Below, in pieces: positions 1 to 9,107 of a DNA stretch of 64,000 nucleotides (the first letter of the stretch is position 1; each line of letters opens with the position of its first letter). Where the stretch lies: positions 15-64,014 of the forward strand of contig JBFZAG010000079.1 of NCBI GenBank assembly GCA_041309145.1. The letters run 5' to 3'. This DNA is from Candidatus Omnitrophota bacterium (GTDB lineage Bacteria > Omnitrophota > Gorgyraeia > Gygaellales > Profunditerraquicolaceae). The notes under the pieces were generated by a model. It was not told the DNA's origin, searched no databases, and worked only from the letters and a program-made list of their open reading frames with translations. The position numbers and the translations under genes were made by a program.

Positions 1-3000
1 AGCGCAAACAGCGCAATGTTTCTTTAAGCACCTGTTGTCGGGTCAGCCCCAAAGACACTTCCTTGAAATTGTTCTTTCTTTCTTTAAGCGAGAGCTTTTT
101 ACCGGTCTGTTTTCCGCCGCCGGCGGGTTTCATCGGCACATTGCATTCGTAGATGAATTTCTTGTAAAGTCCGGCAAAACGCGTCTCTGCCCCCATCAGG
201 GCGAGATCGATGGCCTGCGCGGCGTTTTTTCCGTCAGCCATGGCCTCCACCGCCGTAGACGGCCCCATGACCAGGTCGCCTCCGGCATAGACTTTGTCCA
301 GCGCGGTCTTTAAACTGAACTTGTTGATCGCGACCGTGTTGTTTTTGTTGACTTCCACTCCGGCATCCTTAAGAAAACCCGAGTCGACTTTTTCTCCGAT
401 AGCCACCATCACCGTGTCGCAGGGGATCCGGTAAAGCTCATCCGTGGCCACGGGCTTCCTTCTTCCGGTGACATCGAATTCCCCGGGCAGCATTTTTGCC
501 ACTTCCAGAGCCGCGACTTTTTGTTTGTCGTCTCCGATGATCTGTTTAGGTGCGGCGTAAAAAATGAACTTGATCCCCTCGGCCTCAGCCTCGCTGATCT
601 CGTCTTTATTGGCCGGCATATCCTCTTTATCCCTGCGGTAAACTATGGTCACCTCGCAGCCAAAACGCAACGCCGTCCGCGCGGCGTCTACCGCGACATT
701 GCCCGCGCCGATGACCGCCACTTTTTTGCCTAAAGAGACTTTCTCGGAAGCGGCGACCTTTTCCAGGAACCTTGTCCCGGACCAGACCCCTTTTAGCTCT
801 TCGCCGGGAATGCCCAGCGGCATATTCTTATAAGCGCCGGTAGCCGCAAACACCGCATCAAAACTCCCGGTTAATTTCTTAAGGTTTTCGGTATCGACCT
901 TTTTACGGCAGACGATCTTTACCCCCAGCTTTTTGATAAATCCGATTTCGCGAGCCAGGATCTCCTTTGGCAGGCGGTACTGGGGAATACCGTACCTTAA
1001 TATGCCTCCCGGCTCAGCCGCGGCTTCATAGACCGTGACACTATGGCCGAGCCTGGCCAAATAAAATGCCGCGGTCAAACCTGCGGGGCCGGCTCCGACT
1101 ACGGCGATCTTCTTCCCGGTCCGGGGCAGTTTTTCCCGGATGAATTTGTTGATGATCGCCGCCTCTTTTTTGGTCTTATAAACCGTATCGGCGATATAGC
1201 GGTGCACCTCGCCCTGGGATACCGGCTGGTCGATATCTTCTCTGCGGCAGCGCATTTTGCAGTGGAAATGGCAGATCCTTCCCGAAGAAGAGGGAAAAGG
1301 ATTATCCTGATAGATTGACTCAAAAGCCTGATACATATCATTGGCTTTCAAAAGCATCAAGAACCCGGGAATATTCATGTGCAGAGGGCAGGAGTTCTCG
1401 CAGGGAGAAATGAACAGGTCCAGGCACACTCCGGACCGGCATTTTCTGGCTTCGATATGCTCGTCGTACTCTTCTTTGAAATATTTTAGAGTGGTCAAAA
1501 CCGGGTTGGGTCCGGTCTGGCCCAGTCCGCAAAGCGCGGTATCTTTGATCACCTCTCCCAGGTCTTTTAATTTTTGCACGTCAGAAACTCCGGCAGAGCC
1601 TTTGGTGATCTTTTGTAGAATTTTAAGCCCCTGGAATAACCCTTCGCGGCAAGGGGTGCATTTTCCGCAGGATTCAGAGGTGGTGAACTCGGTAAAATAC
1701 CTGGCCACATCGACCATGCAATTGTCGTCGTCCATGACCACCATCCCGCCTGAGCCCATGATCGCGCCCAAAGCGGTCAGCGATTCGTAATCTACGGGAG
1801 TGTTGAATAATTCCACCGGGATGCATCCGCCGGAAGGGCCGCCGGACTGCACGGCTTTGACTTTTTTGTTGGTCCCGGTCCCTCCGCCGATATTATAGAC
1901 CAGGGTTTGCAAGGGCTCGCCTAAAGGCAGTTCCACCAGCCCGGTATTCTTGATCTTGCCGACCAGGGAAAAAACTTTGGTTCCCGCGCTGTTCTGGGTC
2001 CCGGTCCGGGTAAACCAGTTGCCGCCCTTGGCGATGATCACCGGGATATTGCACCAGGTCTCCACGTTGTTGATATTGGTCGGCTGGCCCCATAAACCTT
2101 TCTGGGCCGGAAAAGGCGGCCGCGGCCGGGGCTTTCCGGACTTGCCTTCGATGGAAGCGATCAGCGCGGTCTCTTCCCCGCAGACAAAGGCGCCGGCGCC
2201 CTCGACGATTTCCAGGTCAAAGCTGAAGTTCGAGCCGAAAATATTATTGCCGAGCAGGCCGTATTCCCGGGCCTGGCTGATCGCCAGTTTTAATCTCTGG
2301 ACCGCCAGAGGGTATTCCGCCCGGATATAAACCACCCCGGATTGGGCTCCCATGGCATAGGCGCCGATGACCATGCCTTCGATGAGCATGTGCGGGCTGG
2401 ACTCGATCTCATTGCGGTTCATATAAGCCCCGGGGTCTCCTTCGTCGGCGTTGCAGATGATATACTTCTTCTCCGCCCGGACATTCCTCATCAGCTCCCA
2501 TTTTCTTCCGGTAGGAAATCCCGCTCCGCCCCTGCCCCTTAGTTTAGAGACTTTCACCTCTTCGATGACTTGTTCCGGAGAGGTCCCGCTTAATACTTTT
2601 TGCAGAGAACTGTATCCGCCTACGGCGATATACTCCTCGATATCTTCGGGATTGATCAAGCCGCAATCGCGCAAAACGATCTTTTTCTGGCGCTTAAAAA
2701 AGTCGATCTCGTTCCAGAGCGGGATCCGGGAATAGCCTTTGCCAAAACTGATCTTCTCGCTGGTCAAATGGTCCCAATCTTCGATCTTGCCCAAAGCTTT
2801 TTTTTCGGGAAGCTTTCCCCGGATAATCCCGTTGACAATGTCGCTCACATCCCGAAGCGAAACTTTGTTAAAGATGACCAAAGGTTGGCCCGGGATATGC
2901 ACATTTACCAAAGGCTCCTGGGCGCAGAACCCGAAGCACCCGGTCCTGGCGAGATATGCGTTAATTTTTTTCTTCTTCAGCTGGCGGCTAAACTCTTCCA

Positions 3001-3129
3001 ACACCAGATCCGCGCCGTTGCCGATGCCGCAAGTGCCCATCCCGACCGCGATGCGCGGCTTCTCCGGCAAATACTTCTTTAAACCTTGCTCTTTGACTTT
3101 CTGGAGGCTGTTGTGATCAACGATCTTCA
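1..3129 (-). CDS. NuoF-like NADH-binding flavoprotein (51-kDa subunit family) fused to GltD-like FAD/NAD(P) oxidoreductase domains; N-terminal start at 3129, C-terminus beyond window edge (>1040 aa)
   Basis: Absent from the ORF track because it runs off the window. Read from the reverse complement: the start ATG at 3129..3127 overlaps the upstream stop (ATGA). Motifs in order: thioredoxin-like 2Fe-2S N-domain, GRGGAGFPTGRKWE (NuoF FMN/NADH site), ESCGKCTPCREG (NuoF 4Fe-4S), Cys clusters CENSCP..CHFHCKMRC, GltD-like KKIAVVGAGPAGLTAAFYLA and VAVIGAGNVAVDAARTA Rossmann motifs. Near position ~150-1 a second GltD-like N-terminal motif (KERKNNFKEV..RCLRC) appears in the same frame. Confidence 0.65.
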
Positions 3130-3654
3130 TCTCGGCCTCCTTCCGGCGGCGACGCAGTTGACGATATCTTTTAATTTATTCTCGGTCATGTGGCTGAAGA
3201 TCTTCCCGTCGATCTCCACGACCGGCGCCAAAGCGCACTGGCCGAAGCAGGCCACGGTGCGCAGGGTGAATTTGTTGTCGGCGGTGGTCAAAAACAATTT
3301 TTCGCCTTCCTGGGCCTCATCTTCATGCAGGCCAAGCATTACTTTCAAATATTCCAGCAGGTTTTTCGAACGGCGGGTATGGCAGGCGGTTCCCCGGCAG
3401 ATAATGATCGAGTGCTTGCCCTGGGGCTTGAGATTGAAGAAAGCGTAAAAGGTGACCACGCTGTAGATCCGCGATAACGGCGTGTTGGTTTTAAGGGAAA
3501 CGTATTCCAGGATTTCCCGGGGAAGGTATTTGTGCGGGTTAAGATTCTGTATTTCTTCCAGGATACCCAGGAGAGCTCCGGGCTTATCCTGGAACTTCAA
3601 GATTATTTTATCAAGATCTTTTTGCTGCGGCAGCTTAGCTTCTGCGATGGCCAT
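3127..3654 (-). CDS. NuoE/HoxE/HndA-like thioredoxin-fold [2Fe-2S] ferredoxin subunit
   Basis: 175 aa. Four spaced Cys (CRGTAC..CFGQCALAP) typical of the NADH dehydrogenase 24-kDa subunit family. Translationally coupled (ATGA) to the downstream NuoF-like gene. Confidence 0.7.
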   Translation of the reverse strand: MAIAEAKLPQQKDLDKIILKFQDKPGALLGILEEIQNLNPHKYLPREILEYVSLKTNTPLSRIYSVVTFYAFFNLKPQGKHSIIICRGTACHTRRSKNLLEYLKVMLGLHEDEAQEGEKLFLTTADNKFTLRTVACFGQCALAPVVEIDGKIFSHMTENKLKDIVNCVAAGRRPR

Positions 3655-3715
3655 GAACCCCCCTGTCTTTAGCGTCCCCGAACAATTTCAAATCCAGATC
3701 GATCTATATCTAAAA

Positions 3716-5116
3716 TTATTTCTTTTCGCTAAGATATCTGTCTATGGCCGCCGCGGATTTTCTTCCCGCGCCCATGGCCGTGATCACGGTCGCAGCTCCG
3801 GTGACAACGTCTCCTCCGGCAAAAACTCCGGCCATGGAAGTTTGGCCGTCTTCGTCAGCTTCTATCTCCCCGCGCTTTTTGGTCTTCAAGCCCGGGGTGG
3901 TGCGCGAGATGATCGGATTAGGGGTATTGCCGATCGCCACGATCACTTCATCCACATCGATCATGAATTCCGAGCCTTTGACCGGCATGGGACTGCGGCG
4001 CCCGGAAGAATCCGGCTCGCCTAATTCCATTTTCTGACATTCGACCTGCTTAACCACGCCCTTATCGTCCCCGATATATCTTAAAGGGTTGGTCAAAAGC
4101 CGGAAGTCAATACCCTCTTCCCTGGCCCGGATGACCTCTTCCTCCCGGGCCGGCATTTCTTTTTCCGATCTGCGGTAGATCAGATACACGTGTTTTGCTC
4201 CCAGCCGCAAAGCCGTGCGCGCTGAATCCATGGCCACGTTGCCGCCGCCGATGACCGCGACATAAGCTCCTCTTTTGACCGGGGTGTCGTATTCCGGGAA
4301 CTTATAGGCTTTCATCAAATTGACCCGGGTCAGGAATTCGTTGGCGGAATATACCCCGCTCAGGTTTTCTCCGGGAATGCCCATAAAATTCGGCAGGCCC
4401 GCTCCCGCTCCCACAAAAACCGCGCCGAAGCCTTCCTTAAAAAGCTCCTCGATGGTCAGCGCCCTTCCGATCAGGGCATTGTTGACGAATTTAACCCCCA
4501 GATCCTTGAGCAGATCTATTTCGCTCTCCACGATCGCCTTGGGCAAACGGAACTCCGGGATCCCGTACACCAGCACCCCGCCTAATTTATGGTACCCCTC
4601 AAAAACAACAGCGTCATATCCGATTTTCGCCAATTCCGCGGCGCAGGTCAGACCCGCGGGCCCGGAGCCGACTATTGCCACCTTTTTATTCTTTTTAGCT
4701 GCCTTGGCCGGATCAGCGCTTTTATCATTTCTGCGGTTTTCCAGGTCCCAATCCGCCAGGAACCGCTCCAGCCGGCCGATCGAGATCGGCTCGCCCATTT
4801 TCTTCATCACGCATACCGCCTGGCACTGTTCTTCCTGGGGGCAGACCCTTCCGGTGACGCAAGGCAAAGAATCGGAATCATGGATAATGTCGATGGCTTT
4901 CTGGAAATCTTTTTCCTTAAGCGCTTTGATAAAAGCCGGGATATCTATGAACACCGGGCAACCTTGCACGCAGGGCTTTTTCGCGCATTGCAAACAGCGG
5001 GACGCTTCTTTGAGCGCTTCGCTCTCGTTGTAGCCTAACGGGACTTCGTTGAAATTATTGATCCTTTCTTCTGCCGGCTGCTGGCGCATCGGGACTGCGA
5101 TCTTGTCTACGGCCAT
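3716..5116 (-). CDS. nfnB: GltD-like NADPH-dependent oxidoreductase, NfnB/SudA-type (glutamate synthase small-subunit family)
   Basis: Motifs: N-terminal [4Fe-4S] Cys clusters CLQCAKKPCVQGCP..CVTGRVCP, two Rossmann motifs VAIVGSGPAGLTCA and VAVIGGGNVAMDSA. The preferred start is the ATG at 5116 (MAVDKIAV) with AGGAGA 9 nt upstream. The track start at 5140 is a GTG inside the terminator hairpin. Confidence 0.75.
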   Translation of the reverse strand: MAVDKIAVPMRQQPAEERINNFNEVPLGYNESEALKEASRCLQCAKKPCVQGCPVFIDIPAFIKALKEKDFQKAIDIIHDSDSLPCVTGRVCPQEEQCQAVCVMKKMGEPISIGRLERFLADWDLENRRNDKSADPAKAAKKNKKVAIVGSGPAGLTCAAELAKIGYDAVVFEGYHKLGGVLVYGIPEFRLPKAIVESEIDLLKDLGVKFVNNALIGRALTIEELFKEGFGAVFVGAGAGLPNFMGIPGENLSGVYSANEFLTRVNLMKAYKFPEYDTPVKRGAYVAVIGGGNVAMDSARTALRLGAKHVYLIYRRSEKEMPAREEEVIRAREEGIDFRLLTNPLRYIGDDKGVVKQVECQKMELGEPDSSGRRSPMPVKGSEFMIDVDEVIVAIGNTPNPIISRTTPGLKTKKRGEIEADEDGQTSMAGVFAGGDVVTGAATVITAMGAGRKSAAAIDRYLSEKK

Positions 5117-5130
5117 CTGTTGTCTCCTTG

Positions 5131-5152
5131 AAAAACCCACCCCAGGGGTGGG
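5131..5152 (-). terminator. Rho-independent terminator/attenuator between nfnA and nfnB
   Basis: Perfect inverted repeat cccacccc/ggggtggg followed on the minus strand by a T5 run, placed between the nfnA stop and the nfnB RBS. Confidence 0.45.
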
Positions 5153-5158
5153 AAAAAG

Positions 5159-5968
5159 TTATTTATTGCAGCTGCATTCTTCGTTCTTGTAAGTATCCAA
5201 ACGTTTCATCAAGAGATCAAAATCAACCTGGTGAGCGTCGAAATCCGGGCCGTCCATGCAGGTAAAGCGGGTCTTCGCTCCGACCTCCACCCTGCAGGCT
5301 CCGCACATGCCCATGCCGCAGACCATCAATGAATTCAGGCTGACCACTGTTTTGATCCCCAGCGGCCGGGTCATTTCCGCTACCGCTCTCATCATCACTG
5401 CCGGACCTATGGCAAAGACTATATCGACCTTCTCGCCCGCGGCGACCATATCTTTAAACATATCGGTGACAAAACCCTTTTTCCCGTAAGAGCCGTCGTT
5501 AGTGGCGATGACCAGCCGGTCCGAGACCGCTTTCATTTTATCTTCCCAGAAAATATGCTCTTTAGAACGGTAACCGATGATCGAAGTGACTTTATTGCCT
5601 CTTTCTTTTAAAGCCCGGGCTAAAGGATAGACCGGAGCCACGCCTATTCCTCCGCCGATAACTACCGCATTGCCGTAATCTTCTATCTCGGTAGGGTTGC
5701 CCTGGGGCCCCAAAAGGTCCAAGAGATGATCGCCTTTTTTCATCCCGGCAAGCAGGGACGTAGTTTTCCCGGCTTCCTGAAAGACCAGGGTGATCGCGCC
5801 CTTAGCGGCGTCAAAATCCGCGATAGTCAAAGGCACGCGCTCTCCCTGCTCCCGGACCCGCACGATCACGAACTGTCCGGCTTTAGCCTTCTTAGCGATC
5901 AGCGGCGCATCCATCAGCACATAATGCATTTTCGGGCCCAGGACGTATTTATCCAGGATTTTGAACAT
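5159..5968 (-). CDS. nfnA: NfnA/SudB-like electron-transfer subunit (FAD/NAD-binding plus C-terminal [2Fe-2S])
   Basis: 269 aa. Ferredoxin-NADP reductase-like fold with C-terminal CGMGMCGACRV motif. ATG start with AGAGGAAGAA RBS. Confidence 0.7.
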   Translation of the reverse strand: MFKILDKYVLGPKMHYVLMDAPLIAKKAKAGQFVIVRVREQGERVPLTIADFDAAKGAITLVFQEAGKTTSLLAGMKKGDHLLDLLGPQGNPTEIEDYGNAVVIGGGIGVAPVYPLARALKERGNKVTSIIGYRSKEHIFWEDKMKAVSDRLVIATNDGSYGKKGFVTDMFKDMVAAGEKVDIVFAIGPAVMMRAVAEMTRPLGIKTVVSLNSLMVCGMGMCGACRVEVGAKTRFTCMDGPDFDAHQVDFDLLMKRLDTYKNEECSCNK

Positions 5969-5996
5969 TTCTTCCTCTCTTGATTATAGTTAAAGA

Positions 5997-7181
5997 TTAT
6001 GCCAGCGCAAAAGTATCCAGAGCGATCTGCAGCTCTTCGTTAGTCGGCACGACAAAAACTTTTACCGGGGAATCTTCTTTGCTGATCAAAGATTCCCGGC
6101 TGCTGGTTGATTCGCAATTCGCTTTCTCGTCCAGGTTGACCCCTAATTGCTCTAATCCTTTCAAACTTTCAAACCTGACCTCGGCGTTGTTCTCGCCTAT
6201 TCCTCCGGTAAAAACTATGGCGTCGGTCTTGCCCAGGACCGCCATATACGCGCCGATATATTTTTTCAGCCGGTAGCAGAAAATTTCGATGGCGATCTTG
6301 GCTCTTTCCTCGCCTTTTTCCCTGGCCTCGAAAAGATTGCGCATATCGTTAGAGATCCCGGAGATCCCCAGCAATCCGCTTTTTTTGTTGAGCAGATTAT
6401 TCAGCTCGTCCGCGGAATATCCTTTGCGGAACAGATAAAAGGTTATTGCCGGGTCGATATCCCCGCAGCGGGTCCCCATTACCAGCCCCTCCAAAGGGGT
6501 AAAGCCCATGCTCGTATCTACGGAAAAACCCTTTTCGATCGCGGCGATGCTGCAGCCGTTGCCCAAATGGCAGGTGATCACGTTGGCTTCGGGCTTGTTC
6601 ATCAGCATTGCCGCTCTCCTGGCTACATATAAATGGGAAGTGCCGTGGAATCCGTACTTGCGGATCTCGTATTTTTTGTACATTTCGTAAGGGATCGGGT
6701 ACAGGTAAGCCCTGGGAGGCAGACTGTGGTGGAAAGCGGTGTCAAAAGTGGCGATCTGGGCGGCGTTGGGCAAAGATTTCTGGCAGGCCAGGATCCCCAT
6801 CAGGTTAGGAGGGTTATGCAGCGGGGCAAGGTCCGAGTATTTCTGGATCTTGTCGATGACCTGGGGCGTGATCCTGACCGAAGCGGTGAACTCTTCCCCT
6901 CCGTGGACCACGCGGTGGCCGACCCCGGCGATCTCTTCGATCGAACTGACCGCTCCCCTATCCCTGTCCGCCAGTTTCGAGAGGATCAGCTTGATCCCGG
7001 TTTCATGGTCAAGAATGCTCTTTTTGAACTCAAGCGAGCCTTTTTCGCTTTTCTGGATAAAATGCGCTTCATCCTCTCCGATCTTTTCCAGAAGCCCTTT
7101 AGCAATGACTTTCTCTTCGGGCATCTCAAAAAGCTGGTATTTGATCGAAGAGCTGCCGGAATTTATGACCAATATCTTCAT
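5997..7181 (-). CDS. ackA: acetate kinase
   Basis: 394 aa. N-terminal KILVINSGSSSIKYQLF signature and full-length similarity to the acetate/propionate kinase family. Confidence 0.85.
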   Translation of the reverse strand: MKILVINSGSSSIKYQLFEMPEEKVIAKGLLEKIGEDEAHFIQKSEKGSLEFKKSILDHETGIKLILSKLADRDRGAVSSIEEIAGVGHRVVHGGEEFTASVRITPQVIDKIQKYSDLAPLHNPPNLMGILACQKSLPNAAQIATFDTAFHHSLPPRAYLYPIPYEMYKKYEIRKYGFHGTSHLYVARRAAMLMNKPEANVITCHLGNGCSIAAIEKGFSVDTSMGFTPLEGLVMGTRCGDIDPAITFYLFRKGYSADELNNLLNKKSGLLGISGISNDMRNLFEAREKGEERAKIAIEIFCYRLKKYIGAYMAVLGKTDAIVFTGGIGENNAEVRFESLKGLEQLGVNLDEKANCESTSSRESLISKEDSPVKVFVVPTNEELQIALDTFALA

Positions 7182-7268
7182 GCGCTGGCCTCAAAATAAA
7201 AAAGCTGCACCATTTTAGCATGTTAGCGCTAAGCGTCAAGCTCAGTGAACAATCCCTGAAAACCGGGC

Positions 7269-8225
7269 CTAAGACTGGTACGCCGAAAGCTGCTTAATGC
7301 GCTTGAGCATGTTGGGATGGGTGCTGTAGAGCTCCATTAATTTTTCCCCGAAACTGGTCCTGATCTTTTTTTTGCGCAAAGCGTCCAACTCCGAGGGCTC
7401 GATCGAACCGCTGCGGTCGCGGTCAAGCGCCTTAAGCTCTCTTATCTCGTTAAGCGCCTGAGAGGGATCGCTGGCAAAAAAAGCCTTTAGCCCTTCCACT
7501 TCCTTTATCGATTCTCTGTCTGTCCGGGCCGCGCCGTAGACCAGCTTGTACAAAGCCGAAGCCAGGCTCGAGGGGCTGTTGCCCAGAGCGATCGATCCCC
7601 GGTCAGCGAAATATTCCCGGATCCGTGAGCCGTAAAGGACCAGAAGATTGGTGATCAGATAGAAAATAAAAGCTGCCGCGCCGATGAATACGGTATTTGC
7701 GCCTCTTTCGTACCTCCGGCCGGAGAAGGCGAACCGCAAGTAAAGCCAGTACATGACCATGGGGATGACCGACAGCAGGGAGATGGTCAGAACATCGCGG
7801 CTTTTTAGATGGCTTAGCTCGTGGCCGAGCACCGCCTTAAGCTCCCGGTCATCTAAAAGATCCAGAAGCCCCCGGGTCACGCAAACCCTGCCGTCCCGGA
7901 CGCTTTTTCCGAAAGCGAAAGCGTTCGGAAGCCCGATCTGGGAGATCCCGATCCTGGGCATGGGTATTTCCGCCCGGATGGAAAGGGCTTCGACCATTTC
8001 AAAAAGCCGGGGGTGATCTTTCTTGGTCACGTACTTTACCCGCATGGTCCACTCTACCATTTTAGGTCCGACCAGATACTGGACGAACATCAACCCCAGG
8101 GCCACGATAAAGTAGACCAGAAAATTCCCGATCCCCAAATACGCGCCGATCATGACCATGACAGCGTAAATTATCGCAAAGAGCATTGCCGTCAGCATCA
8201 TTAACCTGATCTTTAAAAAAAACAT
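7269..8225 (-). CDS. htpX: HtpX-family M48 zinc metalloprotease
   Basis: 318 aa. N-terminal TM helices, HELSH zinc-binding motif. ATG start with GGAGGA RBS. Confidence 0.8.
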   Translation of the reverse strand: MFFLKIRLMMLTAMLFAIIYAVMVMIGAYLGIGNFLVYFIVALGLMFVQYLVGPKMVEWTMRVKYVTKKDHPRLFEMVEALSIRAEIPMPRIGISQIGLPNAFAFGKSVRDGRVCVTRGLLDLLDDRELKAVLGHELSHLKSRDVLTISLLSVIPMVMYWLYLRFAFSGRRYERGANTVFIGAAAFIFYLITNLLVLYGSRIREYFADRGSIALGNSPSSLASALYKLVYGAARTDRESIKEVEGLKAFFASDPSQALNEIRELKALDRDRSGSIEPSELDALRKKKIRTSFGEKLMELYSTHPNMLKRIKQLSAYQS

Positions 8226-8237
8226 TTTTCCTCCTTA

Positions 8238-8660
8238 AATGAGGCCATAACTTATGGAGCACGAAGTGCGACATAAGTTATTGGGCCGAATTTAAATGAG
8301 CGCATAAGTTGTGGAGCCAGCTACTAAATACGCCAAGCGACATCAACTTATTAGCGCGAATTTACTCCGAGCGTGTGAACAAATTCCCAGAGGAATTTGC
8401 GAGCGCCTACGCGAGGAGGCGATATTTAAATACCTAAATGAGCGCATAAGTTGTGGAGCCAGCTACTAAATACGCCAAGCGACATCAACTTATTAGCGCG
8501 AAATGAACACTCCTGCGGCAAGCCGCAGGATAGATCCAGGTTTCTTTACCTTAGTTCATTCCCTGCGCCTTAGCAGAAAATAATCAGCGCAGGCTTTTAC
8601 TCCGAGCGTGCGAACAAATTCCCAGAGGAATTTGCGAACGGCTACGCGAGGAGGCGATAC
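8238..8660. repeat. Mosaic of two interleaved hairpin-forming repeat families (R1 x3, R2 x2) plus a perfect hairpin, in the htpX upstream leader
   Basis: R1 copies lie at 8238-8290 (diverged), 8293-8360 and 8437-8503 (the last two identical, 67 bp). R2 copies lie at 8361-8425 and 8596-8660 (about 94% identical). The hairpin cctgcggcaagccgcagg is at 8510-8527. R1 has terminal inverted repeats, and the diverged copy carries compensatory changes that keep the pairing (gcgcataagttg/caacttattagcgc versus ggccataactta/taagttattgggcc). Confidence 0.6.
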
Positions 8661-8703
8661 CATAATCCGCGAATGGTTGCCGAGGACGAACTATTCAATA
8701 CTC

Positions 8704-9105
8704 CTATTGGACAAAAGCCTTGATCGTGAATTTTAAAACCGGATTTTCCGTGTCGTCGGTATCGACATACACAAACTGGGTGACCTCGCCCTTATAGCCT
8801 TTGCTGTTGAACTCCACGGAGATCTGCGTTGATTCTCCCGGAGCCAGGATCTTTTTCTTGGCCTCGGAAGCGGTGCACCCGCAGGAAGTGGTCACGCCGT
8901 TAATGGTCAGCGTCCTGGCTGAATCGTTCTTGACCGAAAAATCGTGTTTAACGATCTTGTCCTTCTTGATCTGGCCGAAATCCCAGGCCTGCGGGTCAGA
9001 GCCCTTCATCGGACTCTCCGGGGAAGAAACGTTAGCCGGCGCGCTCTGGGAAAAACAGCCGGTCAAAGGGAACAATAAAAATAAAATTATCAGAAAGATC
9101 TTCAT
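8704..9105 (-). CDS. DUF1573-family small lipoprotein
   Basis: The likely real start is the internal ATG giving MKIFLIILFLLFPLTGC (lipobox LTGC). The WDFG..beta-sandwich pattern is typical of DUF1573. The track ORF extends upstream in a different frame from the preceding gene. Confidence 0.5.
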   Translation of the reverse strand: MKIFLIILFLLFPLTGCFSQSAPANVSSPESPMKGSDPQAWDFGQIKKDKIVKHDFSVKNDSARTLTINGVTTSCGCTASEAKKKILAPGESTQISVEFNSKGYKGEVTQFVYVDTDDTENPVLKFTIKAFVQ

Positions 9106-9107
9106 TT

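Noticed and set aside
8238-8660. Possible CRISPR array in the htpX upstream region
   Set aside because: The repeats are 53-67 bp, belong to two interleaved families, have irregular spacing and internal inverted repeats, and no cas genes are nearby. It is a mosaic repeat or structured leader, not a CRISPR.
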